Source of the DNA: an uncultured Planctomycetales bacterium
GTDB taxonomy: Bacteria > Omnitrophota > Gorgyraeia > Zapsychrales > JBDRMG01
Assembly (NCBI GenBank): GCA_964478715.1
Contig: CAYZIY010000001.1
Location: 213,196-277,195 of the forward strand
Direction: 5' to 3'
Length of the DNA stretch: 64,000 bases
Below are positions 36,937 through 46,762 of the stretch, one piece after another. A program made the translations under genes and the position numbers. Each line of letters starts with the position of its first letter. Position 1 is the first letter of the stretch. The notes beneath the pieces are model-generated. The model had not been told where the DNA came from and did not search any database. It was given only the letters and a program-made list of their open reading frames with translations.

Positions 36937-39267
36937 ATGAAAGATTTATACGCTAAATATACTTCTGACGATCTTTGGTGTATCAAAGAAAACGAATTTC
37001 AGAAGAGCCTTCAAAATGTTCGCGAAAGCCAGTTCTGCATCGGAAACGGTTTTTGCGCAACACGCGGTGTTTGTGAAGAGATTCCCCCCGGAGCTCGTCC
37101 CGGAACCTATCTGGCCGGACTCTTTGATCATATGACCGCCCAGGTAGCCGAGCTGGTCAATTTTCCCAATCCTTTTCATGTGAAATTCACCGTTAACGGG
37201 GAGAAACTGGGGGTTGTTTCTATGGATGTCAATCAGCATGACCGGGCTTTAAATATGCACGATGGCCTTTTGATGCGTCGCACCATCTATTCAGATAGCC
37301 GAAAAAGACGCTACAGTTATCAGTCTCTTCGTTTTTTGTCGATGGCCCGAAAGAATATGGGTGTGATGCAAGTGGCCCTAACCGCTTTGGACGCCGATGC
37401 TACCGCTGAATTGCAAACAGGCGTTGATACCTCGGTTTATAACAGCGGTGTTGTCACCGAAGGAAACAAGAAACACTTTCGCGTCAAGGAGATCGCTCAA
37501 GAAAACAATTCTTCTTTTTTAAGCGTGCAAACCTACGAAAAGAAACATATCGTTATTTACCGCAGCGGATTCTATTATACGGATGGCGGAAAAAAAATAT
37601 TTTCCGACGATAATATTATCCGCCTCAAGTTGAAAAAGAAAAGGACGCTTATCCTGACGATTGTTTTTACGGTTCACGCCTTAGGTTATGATGCGCAAGA
37701 GTATAAAAAAATGAAAGCTCTCTCCAAAAAAGAGTTTTCCAAAGTTTTTCGACTTCAGTTCCAAAATCATTTGAATCAGCATATACGTTTCTGGCGCGAT
37801 CTGTGGACTATTGCGGATGTCAAGATTGAAGGCACGGCCAATATTCAGAAAAATTTGCGGTTTAATATTTACCATATGATTATTTGCGGTCATTGGGATA
37901 AGGGATTATCTAGTATCGGCGCACGGACGTTAAGCGGGGAAGGCTATCGCGGTCATGTTTTTTGGGATACAGAGATTTTTATGCTGCCTTTTTATGCCGC
38001 TGTCATGCCGGACGTCGCCAAGAATATGCTCATCTATCGATATAAAAGATTAGAGAAAGCCCGCCAGATTGCGTTGGAAAATGGGTATCGGGGAGCTATG
38101 TTTCCCTGGGAATCTGCCGATAGCGGTGTTGATGAAACCCCGCAGTGGGCAAAAGACTTAGACGGCAAGATTATCAAGATCAAAACCAATCAGCTTGAGC
38201 AGCATATCACGGCTGATATCGCTTATGCCTGTCATCATTATTTTCTGATGACAGCCGATCAGGAATTTATGTTCGGGATGGGTTATGAAATCATTGTCGA
38301 GGCAGCACGTTTTTGGGCCTCTCGTGTTGAGCAAAACAAAAGCAGGAAATACGAAATTCGTGATGTCATCGGGCCTGACGAGTTTCATATTCATGTCAAT
38401 AATAATGCCTATACGAATTTGATGGCCAAATGGAATTTATTAACGGCCTATAAATTGGCCGGAGATATCCAAAAAGACGATCCGCGCCATTGGCGCAAAA
38501 TCAAAGACAAGATCAATATAACCAAAAAAGAAATTGCTCGCTGGAAACACATCGCTCCTCGAATCGTTTGCAATATTCGAAAGGATAAAGTTATTGAGCA
38601 ATTTGACGGATTCTTCAAAAAGAAACATATCGAAATCATCAATTTTGATGAAAACTTTCTGCCCCTTCTTCCGGATGGGATCCAAGTTCAGGATTATAAT
38701 AAGACACAATTCGTCAAACAGGCCGATGTGCTGATGGTTTTGTATCTTTTGGGGGATTATTTTTCATTTAAAACAAAACAGAGTAATTTTTATTATTATG
38801 TAGATCGCACGCTTCATAAATCGTCCCTGTCGCCTGCTATACATTGCTTGATGGCACTGGATGTTTCTTCGATGGGGCGGGCTTATCAGTTTTTTAACGT
38901 GTCATTACGCGCCGATACCAGTAATTTGCACGGCAATACCCATGAGGGTGTGCACGCGGCTTCCCTGGGCGGAACCTGGCAGGCGGTCGTAAACGGGTTT
39001 GCCGGCATTCAAATAAAAAACGGAATTTTAAGCATCTCTCCGAGGATGCCCAAGACCTGGGGGAGAATTAAATGCGCTTACCATTTTCTCGGCCAGCTCT
39101 ACAAAATTGAAACCCAAAACCATCAGGTAAAGATCAGAATTTGCGGCAAAAGAAAAAGGAAGGTCAAGATTTTGGCCTTTGGCAAGTTGAGAACTGTTTC
39201 GTCTAATCGCGATTATGTTTTTAAACGCGTGAGAGTCTGCAAAAGTCAAAGAAATTCCTATCTCTAA
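36937..39267 (+). CDS. Glycoside hydrolase family 65 disaccharide phosphorylase (maltose/kojibiose/trehalose phosphorylase-like)
   Basis: A GH65 N-terminal beta-sandwich is followed by an (alpha/alpha)6 core. The catalytic-acid segment is IGPDEFHIHVNNNAYTN. Confidence 0.85.
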   Translation: MKDLYAKYTSDDLWCIKENEFQKSLQNVRESQFCIGNGFCATRGVCEEIPPGARPGTYLAGLFDHMTAQVAELVNFPNPFHVKFTVNGEKLGVVSMDVNQHDRALNMHDGLLMRRTIYSDSRKRRYSYQSLRFLSMARKNMGVMQVALTALDADATAELQTGVDTSVYNSGVVTEGNKKHFRVKEIAQENNSSFLSVQTYEKKHIVIYRSGFYYTDGGKKIFSDDNIIRLKLKKKRTLILTIVFTVHALGYDAQEYKKMKALSKKEFSKVFRLQFQNHLNQHIRFWRDLWTIADVKIEGTANIQKNLRFNIYHMIICGHWDKGLSSIGARTLSGEGYRGHVFWDTEIFMLPFYAAVMPDVAKNMLIYRYKRLEKARQIALENGYRGAMFPWESADSGVDETPQWAKDLDGKIIKIKTNQLEQHITADIAYACHHYFLMTADQEFMFGMGYEIIVEAARFWASRVEQNKSRKYEIRDVIGPDEFHIHVNNNAYTNLMAKWNLLTAYKLAGDIQKDDPRHWRKIKDKINITKKEIARWKHIAPRIVCNIRKDKVIEQFDGFFKKKHIEIINFDENFLPLLPDGIQVQDYNKTQFVKQADVLMVLYLLGDYFSFKTKQSNFYYYVDRTLHKSSLSPAIHCLMALDVSSMGRAYQFFNVSLRADTSNLHGNTHEGVHAASLGGTWQAVVNGFAGIQIKNGILSISPRMPKTWGRIKCAYHFLGQLYKIETQNHQVKIRICGKRKRKVKILAFGKLRTVSSNRDYVFKRVRVCKSQRNSYL

Positions 39268-39273
39268 AGGCGG

Positions 39274-40470
39274 GTGGTTATGTCTGTCAAAAGACGTAAA
39301 AGAAAATTAAGCATCGCCCATTTTCACTGGGGTTTTCCGCCGATTATTGGCGGAGTGGAGACTCACTTAACCATTCTTCTTCCAGCTTTTGCCTGTCGGG
39401 GTCATAAAGTGAGTTTACTCACCGGAAGCTTCGAAAGCGTTCCTATGGAAGATACTTATCGCGGTGTTCACATCAGGCGTACTCCGCTTATGGATCTCAA
39501 TTGGTTGGTGAAAAGAGGATTAAATGGACTGGAAAATGATATCAAAAAATGCTTTCTTCGATTTGTCAACGAATTCAAGCCGGACATTTTGCATGCTCAC
39601 AATATGAATTATTTCAGCAAGGTTCATGCCCTGGCCCTTGAGGATATTGCCCGCAAAAAAGGGATTCCGCTTCTTTTGACCGCCCATAATGCCTGGGATG
39701 ATGAACTCTTTCTGGATCTGACCATCAAAATAAACTGGAGCCATATTATTTCGGTGAGTCATTTTATCGAAAGAGAAATTTTGGGTTTGGGCTATTCGCA
39801 CCGGAAGGTTACAACGGTTCATCATGGGATTGACGAAAAAATGTTTCATCCGAAACTTAATCCCAAACCGATCTTTAAAAAATATCCCCAGCTGAAAGAC
39901 AAAAAAATTATCTTTCATCCGGCCCGCATGGGTTTAGCCAAAGGCTGCGATGTGAGCATCAAGGCCATGAATTCTGTGATCAAGCGGTTTCCCCGGACCA
40001 TGCTGGTTTTGGCCGGGACAAAGAATATTATCGACTGGAAGCAAACGCAGCAGAAAGATATTGCGTATATGCTGCATCTAATTGATATTTTCAAAATCAA
40101 AAATAATGTGTTGATTGACATCTATGCCTTGGATGAAATGCCGAGGCTTTATGCCGCTTCCGATGTCTGTATCTATCCTTCCAGTGCCTTTGAGCCTTTT
40201 GGTTTGACGATGCTCGAATCTATGGCCTGCGCCAAGCCGATGATTGTCAGTAATATGGGCGGCATGCCGGAAATTATCCGCGACAGCATTAATGGTTTTG
40301 TTATTCCGGTTAAAGATTTCGAAGAATTGACTAACAGGATTATTCAGTTGTTGTCCGATGAGACCTTATGTGATCGACTGGGAAGTACGGGCCGCTTGAT
40401 GGTTGAAAAAGGATTTACCCGTAAACAAGTGGCCGATTCTACTTTGAGCCTTTACCGCAGGTATTGTTAA
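39274..40470 (+). CDS. GT4-family glycosyltransferase
   Basis: The fold is GT-B. The motif FEPFGLTMLESMACAKP (E-x7-E) is present. Confidence 0.8.
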   Translation: MVMSVKRRKRKLSIAHFHWGFPPIIGGVETHLTILLPAFACRGHKVSLLTGSFESVPMEDTYRGVHIRRTPLMDLNWLVKRGLNGLENDIKKCFLRFVNEFKPDILHAHNMNYFSKVHALALEDIARKKGIPLLLTAHNAWDDELFLDLTIKINWSHIISVSHFIEREILGLGYSHRKVTTVHHGIDEKMFHPKLNPKPIFKKYPQLKDKKIIFHPARMGLAKGCDVSIKAMNSVIKRFPRTMLVLAGTKNIIDWKQTQQKDIAYMLHLIDIFKIKNNVLIDIYALDEMPRLYAASDVCIYPSSAFEPFGLTMLESMACAKPMIVSNMGGMPEIIRDSINGFVIPVKDFEELTNRIIQLLSDETLCDRLGSTGRLMVEKGFTRKQVADSTLSLYRRYC

Positions 40471-40476
40471 AATCGC

Positions 40477-41463
40477 TTGAACATCTTCTGCATGATGAGA
40501 GAAACACAAATCTTTCCGCCTCAAATCAAGAAAAATCCTAAATATGGTTCCCTGGAGCCGCTTGTGCTGGCCCAGCAGCAGAGTCGCTTTCCATTGAATC
40601 CGAATGTTTTCTTTTTTCGCGAAGCTCCCTTAATCGTCGAGATCGGTTTTGGGTTAGGAGATTTTCTGATTGGACAGGCTCTTAGCCACTCGCAACAGAA
40701 CTTTTTAGGTATCGAATATCAGTGGATGCCTGTCTACAAGACTCTTAAAAAGATCCATAAACACAGAATCGAGAATATTCGCATTCTTTTTCTCGATGCG
40801 CGTTTCGCCTTCAAGGTTGTTTTCGCTCCCCGAAGTATTACCAAAATCTATGCGCTTTTTGCAGATCCCTGGTTTAAAAAAAGACATATCCAGCATCGAT
40901 TATTTTCAAAATCATTTCTCAAGAACATGCATCGGTGTTTGAAAATAAACGGGCAAGCGGAAGTTGTGACCGATGATCAATACTATTGCGACTGGATTTG
41001 GGGCCAACTGGCAGGAATCGATTTGCACAAAAAGTATTCCAAAATCGCTCCCGGTTTTAACACGAAATATGAACGAAAATGGATTAAGGCCGGGGTGAGA
41101 AAATTTCATCAGATTCTATTAGAGAAAGAGAAGGATATCGCAAAAGAAACAATTAGGGAGGAGGCTATTTTGAAAACATATTGGCTCAATGAATTTGATC
41201 CGGAGAGATTATCTCTGCAAGATATTCGCCAAGACTTGGCGGTTACTTTCAAAGAATTTCTTTTTGATTCCAAGAAAAAGACTGGCATGATTTACGCGAT
41301 TGCCCGAGAAGGTCACTGTTCTCAGGAATTCTGGATTACCGTAAAAAAGGCCGGTCAGCGCTGGAAAATAGCCTTAAGCGAAGGCTGTCTGGTCTTGCCC
41401 ACCGAAGGGGTGCATTGTTCTCTTGAAGCGGTTTACCGGGCCTGTTTGCAAACTACACCTTGA
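40477..41463 (+). CDS. trmB: tRNA (guanine46-N7)-methyltransferase TrmB-like with ~110-aa C-terminal extension
   Basis: TrmB signatures are IVEIGFGLGDFL, FLGIEY and LFADPWFKKRH. Confidence 0.7.
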   Translation: MNIFCMMRETQIFPPQIKKNPKYGSLEPLVLAQQQSRFPLNPNVFFFREAPLIVEIGFGLGDFLIGQALSHSQQNFLGIEYQWMPVYKTLKKIHKHRIENIRILFLDARFAFKVVFAPRSITKIYALFADPWFKKRHIQHRLFSKSFLKNMHRCLKINGQAEVVTDDQYYCDWIWGQLAGIDLHKKYSKIAPGFNTKYERKWIKAGVRKFHQILLEKEKDIAKETIREEAILKTYWLNEFDPERLSLQDIRQDLAVTFKEFLFDSKKKTGMIYAIAREGHCSQEFWITVKKAGQRWKIALSEGCLVLPTEGVHCSLEAVYRACLQTTP

Positions 41464-41528
41464 AGATCAAGAAAAAGAGGAATAGCGCTTGTTTTTCTGT
41501 TTAATCCCCCATACGATAAATTATCGGT

Positions 41529-42455
41529 ATGAATAAATCACTTTCGCATGTGACTCTCTTTTTTAAAGGCTTCTGCATCGGAGTGGCCAATATCATTCCG
41601 GGTGTTTCCGGCGGGACTATGGCCTTCATCTTGGGTATTTATGAAGATCTTCTTGATGCAATTCGGTCCTTTGACAGAAAATTCTTTACGGATTTATTGG
41701 CCCTGAAGCTTGCAGCGGTTTGCCATCGACCTGCATGGATTTTCTTGGGATTAGTTATTCTAGGGGTCCTCTCAGCCACTTTTTCATTATCAAGACTGCT
41801 GGATTGGCTTTTAAACGAACATGCTGTCAGTGTTTACGGTTTTTTCTTTGGGTTGATTATTTCTTCCGTTATTTTGGTGTCCCGGGCGGTTAAAAAATGG
41901 AACTCGCTGGTCATTATCGGCCTGGTGCTTAGTTCAATTATATCTTTCTTCCTGGTGGGGCTAGTTCCCGTACAGACACCACAGGCCTCATGGTTTGTGT
42001 TTTTGGCCGGAGCACTGGCCATTTGCGCCATGATTTTACCTGGAATATCCGGGGCCTTTATTCTCCTTCTCATTGGAAAATATCAATACATCCTTTCGGC
42101 GATCAATGATCGCGACGTCACGATCCTTTCTGTTTTCGGGGCCGGTGCCGGCATCGGCTTGTTTCTTTTTTCTCATTTTCTGGGATGGCTGCTAAGACGC
42201 TGGCATGATCTGGTGATGATTATCTTAACAGGACTGATGATCGGCAGTTTAAGGAAAATATGGCCCTGGAAGCAGACTCTGCAATTTATAATAGATGCCC
42301 GAGGCGAGATCATTCCTCTTGTACAAAGAAATATCATTCCGAATTTGAACGATCCCCAAACGCTCGGAACTGTTTTGTTGGCGTTCTTTGGATTTCTATC
42401 TGCTTTTGGATTAGAATTACTTTCGCAAAATGAAAAAGGGAAGGATCTACGATGA
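41529..42455 (+). CDS. DUF368-family membrane protein (PopT-type polyprenyl-phosphate transporter family)
   Basis: Two GxSGxT-type signatures are present (GVSGGTMAFILG; PGISGAFILLLIG). About 8 transmembrane helices are predicted. Confidence 0.7.
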   Translation: MNKSLSHVTLFFKGFCIGVANIIPGVSGGTMAFILGIYEDLLDAIRSFDRKFFTDLLALKLAAVCHRPAWIFLGLVILGVLSATFSLSRLLDWLLNEHAVSVYGFFFGLIISSVILVSRAVKKWNSLVIIGLVLSSIISFFLVGLVPVQTPQASWFVFLAGALAICAMILPGISGAFILLLIGKYQYILSAINDRDVTILSVFGAGAGIGLFLFSHFLGWLLRRWHDLVMIILTGLMIGSLRKIWPWKQTLQFIIDARGEIIPLVQRNIIPNLNDPQTLGTVLLAFFGFLSAFGLELLSQNEKGKDLR

Positions 42456-43618
42456 AAAGAAATGAGGCCTATACGATTCCGGAAATCATGACTGTTTTGG
42501 TGCTTTTTGTCCTGATCGGGCTAGCGATTTTGACCGCTTTCAATGTGGTTAAAAATTCCTACTTTCGGGGAGTAACCCAAATTGAACTTCAGGATAAAGC
42601 TCGTTTTGCCTCAGCCCGAGTAACCAGTGAATTGTCCATTTCGGCACCTAGCCGGGTTTCTCTTTATCGCTGTCCTGATTCTCCCGATAATGTTTGTCAC
42701 GGCGGTGTCGTGGCTTTCCAGACGCCGGTTGTCAATGATTTTGTTATTGCCGGAAGCATTTATAAACGGCCTGTCGGGGCAAGACGCTTGGCCAAATGGG
42801 GATACGATGGAAGAGAGGTTGATGAAAGAATTATTTACATGGTGCCTAAGGCCAATAATCCTCAGCTTGGCAGCTATGCGCATCAGTTGATTCGCTTGAC
42901 CCGTAAACCCTATTGCGGAGACGGTTTTTGCGATGTTTCTCACGGGGAGGATGAGGGGCTGACATTTTGCAGCGCCGATTGTCTTTGCGGTAATGGACAC
43001 TGCAGTCTATTGGAATCTGTAGATACATGTGAAGATGATTGTTTTTGCGGTAATGGAACGTGTGATATGGGAGAGGATGATGTTCTCTGTGGCCAAGATT
43101 GTTTTTGCGGAAACGGCCGCTGTGATCCCGGTGAAGCTGGCGCAGGTTGTGAGGATTGCAGTGATTGCGGCAACGGAATTTGTGAATCAGGTGAGAGTAA
43201 TGCCGGTTGCAGCATTGATTGCTCGTGTCCCAACGGGAGTTGTGATCCGGATGAAAATTCCGATACCTGTCCGGCCGATTGTCCTGTCGCATCTCTGAGA
43301 AATTTAGATATCCAATGGATAGAGGATTTTTTTGTCCAGAAGGCCTTTGCTCAGGACATTCCTGATCCACCGGATATTGCGGCCTATGAACAGTTACCCG
43401 ACTTGCTTGAAAAAAATAATTATTTTATCCGCGTTATTGCCGATAAAGTGCAGGCCATTTATTTTGAAGGTATTCCCGGCCCCGGGACAGGCGGAATGCG
43501 GGCGCCAGAAAATGTGAGGGTTTACATCAAGATGCAAAATTCGGGCAATCCATTTGCTCAAGAGTTAAATATATATCATATGGCTACAGCCCGATTGATC
43601 AATTCCGGGCTAGATTAA
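42452..43618 (+). CDS. Type IV pilin/pseudopilin-like protein (Ala at -1) with five tandem CGNGxC cysteine-rich repeats
   Basis: The N-terminus MKRNEA|YTIPEIMTVLVLFVLIG parallels the prepilin consensus G|FTLIELMVV, with Glu at +5. The central region repeats DC[FL]CGNGxC...C..DC five times. The ORF overlaps the DUF368 gene by 4 bp. Confidence 0.55.
   Translation: MKRNEAYTIPEIMTVLVLFVLIGLAILTAFNVVKNSYFRGVTQIELQDKARFASARVTSELSISAPSRVSLYRCPDSPDNVCHGGVVAFQTPVVNDFVIAGSIYKRPVGARRLAKWGYDGREVDERIIYMVPKANNPQLGSYAHQLIRLTRKPYCGDGFCDVSHGEDEGLTFCSADCLCGNGHCSLLESVDTCEDDCFCGNGTCDMGEDDVLCGQDCFCGNGRCDPGEAGAGCEDCSDCGNGICESGESNAGCSIDCSCPNGSCDPDENSDTCPADCPVASLRNLDIQWIEDFFVQKAFAQDIPDPPDIAAYEQLPDLLEKNNYFIRVIADKVQAIYFEGIPGPGTGGMRAPENVRVYIKMQNSGNPFAQELNIYHMATARLINSGLD
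42977..43283 (+). repeat. Five in-frame tandem repeats (~57-63 bp) beginning GATTG(T/C)yTTTGCGG(T/A)AA(T/C)GG
   Basis: Direct reading shows the consecutive GATTGT...TGCGGnAAnGG units. These encode the Cys-rich protein repeats. Confidence 0.8.
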
Positions 43619-43713
43619 TGAAAATAATAGGGGAGTCTTTGTTGTCGGTTTCTAGAATAAAATATTCGTAACTCATTTTATTGCATTAGATTGCATGCCA
43701 ATAATAGAATTTT

Positions 43714-43905
43714 ATGGAAAACGGTTTCTCAATAATGATGTTTATGTTTAGTAATACTGGTTATCTTAAGGATATCAATTATACTTTTATCAAGAGGTTG
43801 AAAAAGGTTGTCCGCCGCAGTGTTATGGTGAACAGCAAAACTATAGGGCCCCTTGGATGGTATGGGTGCAACCAGTTGCCAACTAAAAAGGAATTTTCTT
43901 GGTAA
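43714..43905 (+). other. Candidate small gene (63-aa ORF) or sRNA bounded by a promoter-like site (TTGCAT-18-TAGAAT) and an intrinsic terminator
   Basis: A promoter-like site lies at about 43681-43710 and ends 3 nt before the ATG, so the transcript would be leaderless. A terminator sits at 43911-43940. The ORF has no recognisable domain. Confidence 0.3.
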
Positions 43906-43910
43906 ACATG

Positions 43911-43940
43911 ATCCATCCCGCTGGGGGATGGATTTTTTTT
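43911..43940 (+). terminator. Rho-independent terminator (ATCCATCCC-gctg-GGGATGGAT + T8)
   Basis: A perfect 9-bp stem is followed by eight T. It lies immediately before the GGAG RBS of the 43952 gene. Confidence 0.75.
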
Positions 43941-43951
43941 CGGAGAACAAG

Positions 43952-46762
43952 ATGAGTTGTTTGATATCATTAAAATGTCGAAATGAAAATGGCCAGGCTA
44001 TTCTTTTAGGCGTGATCGGTCTGACTCTTTTATTGGTGGGGGTGGCTACGGCTCATTTTATCCAAACGACCAACGCGGCTTTGGTTTTGCGGACAGAAAA
44101 TAAGAATAATATGGCTTTGTTCAATGCCCAAAGAGGATTGGAATATGTCGTTTATGAATTAGCTTTTGCAGCACCAGAGCCGATTAACTGGTTTACTCAC
44201 CAAGCTCAAAGTGATCAATCACTTGTTTATGCCGAAGGGAATTTTTTTGCAGAATATGGGATTCAGTTGGGAAATATAAACGAAATTTATTACGATGCGG
44301 ATAATCCGCAAGATAGCGGATATCGCTCTAAGTTGGATCAAGAAGTGCAGTTTATCGCGAAAATTTATAATGATCCTTCCAATATTTTAAATCAAGCTAA
44401 TAAGATCATATTGGTCAAAGGCATTAGCGGTGATACCCAACGCATGATTGCCAGCAGGGTGGACTTGACCTCTTTGTATGAATACTTTATTTTTGACCCC
44501 AATTCCGGGCGTAGCATTCGCGGTAATCTAGATGCTGGCGGAGGCCGCATTCATATCAATGGTGACGTGACGCTTTTCGGCAATGCCCAGATTTTTAATT
44601 TGGGGGAACTTAATGTCAACGGCTATTTTATATACGATTCTATACGTTTTTATGTTCCCATGTATGACACAACAGCTATTCCGGCAGGTGAAGTCGGAGG
44701 ACCCGCTGCGGGTGTTACGGGGATGTTTGTGGATGATCAATACCGGACATTGGCTCCTCGCTTTGACGATGGTCTTCCCGGGACGGTGACGTGGGCCCAG
44801 ATGCAGGGGATTGATGATGCCGATGGTAATCCGAATTGGAAAGTGGGAGCGTGCAGCGGAATGTCTGATGAGTCGCAATGCGCTTTTAGTGATTTGAGCG
44901 GTCCTCAAAAATACTATTCGCTGGAAAAACTGATTTATCACGCGAATCCATTTACTGGAAGCGGCATTGGGACGCTCCAGGGTGATCGCTGGGGATCTGT
45001 GTGCGAAAAAGGGAACACGGGTGTTTTTAGCGGCTGCGGAAGTACTTACGGCCGGGAGGAAGACGGCCATATCTGGGAATTTCGTCATCCGCATCTGTAT
45101 CCGGATTCATACATGTATAAGAATTACGGACAATCGGATGAAATGGTTGCGCCGACAAAAATTCAACCTGTTGGCGGCGGATCATTGATCCCTATCCCCA
45201 ATCGATTAAATACGAGCTATCGCTGGGATAAATATTATTTTGACGGGTCCCAGGGTCGTTCGAGAATGTATGACGGAGAACGCTATGCATATCCTCCGCC
45301 GGGTACATATGATCCACAGACCCAATGTCCCGAGCCTTATTGCGCGGACGTTCAATATTTGAATACAGAACTACAGGCTCAGGACTGGATTGATTTTTTG
45401 AGGTACGACAATGATAATGACGGGGACGGGATCGGCGATTTATACGGGGTGATTAAAGACAGAAATACCGGGGGAGAGCCGATTAGCCCTCCGGTTTTTG
45501 ATCAAGCCAGATATCAGTCAACTGCACAAAACGAAGGGATCTATATTAGAAATACTGTCCCATCGGATGAATGGAATAATTATGAATACCGTGGGTCAGA
45601 AACAGCATTGAGCCGAGTGAATACTTATTATCGGGATCCCGATAAGACTTTGGATAATAACGGAAGCTATGAAGTCTACATCAAGGGGGTTTCCGATCCC
45701 CTGGTTCCTGATAATGAAGGACAGATCAAAATGAATATTGAGGGAGATGAACTTGTATTATTTGAGAAGAAAGGCTTCTACAATACTCGCTCTACGCTCT
45801 GGACTCAGGTTATTCAGATGAACATTTGTAATCTCAAAAGGGCCATTGACGCGGGTGATTTGGAGTTGGACGAAAATATCTTTTACTCCGATTGGGGAGT
45901 GGCCTTAGCTTGCGCCGAAGAAATCATTGATGGAGGGATGACGGTGATTACCGAAGGAGATGCCTTTACCATCGGCAATGTCAATGTTGATACCGATGAT
46001 CCCAGTAATTTAGATAATCCAGGCTTTGAGCCGGCAGCCATCATAACCGATCGCATGTTTCAGGTTTTATCCGAAGATTTTAATTATCCTCAGGAATTAC
46101 CCGAGCTGGGCAATCACCCTGATTACGACCATAATTTCGGCTATGTCCCTGAGTCGGTCAATCGGCAGTGGATGCATGATCATGATCCGGACAATCCGGG
46201 GGACCCGACGGTTGAAGCCGTGATGCCCAATAAAGTCAGAAATGATGTTTATGTCAATATTTCGGTTCTGGGTGAAAGAGCCACTGACCAAGATGTAGGA
46301 TGGCATCTCGGTTTGGAAATGTGGTCATGGTATGAGGATTGGCTTAATGACGGGGAGGCCGATATCCATGAATTCGAAACATTTACCCGAGGCACGCGTT
46401 TGGATCTTCCTGATGGCGCTTTTGAATCCAAATTTGATTATGGCGGATTAGATATTTCGGTCAATCGCCGTTGCGATCCGACCTGCGGGGCAATTCCTAA
46501 TGGCTGGCCGAGCTGTCGAGGATGTTCGAACTATTGCGATGGGACCGATCCCGATAATCCCTGCCCGGGAAGCTCTACAGGTGTTTTTCCCATCATCTGC
46601 TGTGGTCATCGGAGTGGGCTTTTGGCTTGGGAAAATCGTTATTTGACGGATGGTTTCCCTCCTGGAGATTTACCGGGATTATCTCTAGAGGTCTGGTATC
46701 CCCTTCCCAATACGGAGGAAAACTGGACGACGCATTGCAAACTCTTACAAGGGAATGTGTGA
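43952..46762 (+). CDS. Large secreted/anchored protein (937 aa) with PilX_N-like N-terminus; possible pilus-tip/PilY1-like adhesin
   Basis: The N-terminus NGQAILLGVIGLTLLLVGVATA resembles the PilX_N hydrophobic segment. The rest is Asp, Asn and Gly-rich with many Cys near the C-terminus. The start is the ATG after the terminator, where the track extends upstream. Confidence 0.45.
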   Translation: MSCLISLKCRNENGQAILLGVIGLTLLLVGVATAHFIQTTNAALVLRTENKNNMALFNAQRGLEYVVYELAFAAPEPINWFTHQAQSDQSLVYAEGNFFAEYGIQLGNINEIYYDADNPQDSGYRSKLDQEVQFIAKIYNDPSNILNQANKIILVKGISGDTQRMIASRVDLTSLYEYFIFDPNSGRSIRGNLDAGGGRIHINGDVTLFGNAQIFNLGELNVNGYFIYDSIRFYVPMYDTTAIPAGEVGGPAAGVTGMFVDDQYRTLAPRFDDGLPGTVTWAQMQGIDDADGNPNWKVGACSGMSDESQCAFSDLSGPQKYYSLEKLIYHANPFTGSGIGTLQGDRWGSVCEKGNTGVFSGCGSTYGREEDGHIWEFRHPHLYPDSYMYKNYGQSDEMVAPTKIQPVGGGSLIPIPNRLNTSYRWDKYYFDGSQGRSRMYDGERYAYPPPGTYDPQTQCPEPYCADVQYLNTELQAQDWIDFLRYDNDNDGDGIGDLYGVIKDRNTGGEPISPPVFDQARYQSTAQNEGIYIRNTVPSDEWNNYEYRGSETALSRVNTYYRDPDKTLDNNGSYEVYIKGVSDPLVPDNEGQIKMNIEGDELVLFEKKGFYNTRSTLWTQVIQMNICNLKRAIDAGDLELDENIFYSDWGVALACAEEIIDGGMTVITEGDAFTIGNVNVDTDDPSNLDNPGFEPAAIITDRMFQVLSEDFNYPQELPELGNHPDYDHNFGYVPESVNRQWMHDHDPDNPGDPTVEAVMPNKVRNDVYVNISVLGERATDQDVGWHLGLEMWSWYEDWLNDGEADIHEFETFTRGTRLDLPDGAFESKFDYGGLDISVNRRCDPTCGAIPNGWPSCRGCSNYCDGTDPDNPCPGSSTGVFPIICCGHRSGLLAWENRYLTDGFPPGDLPGLSLEVWYPLPNTEENWTTHCKLLQGNV

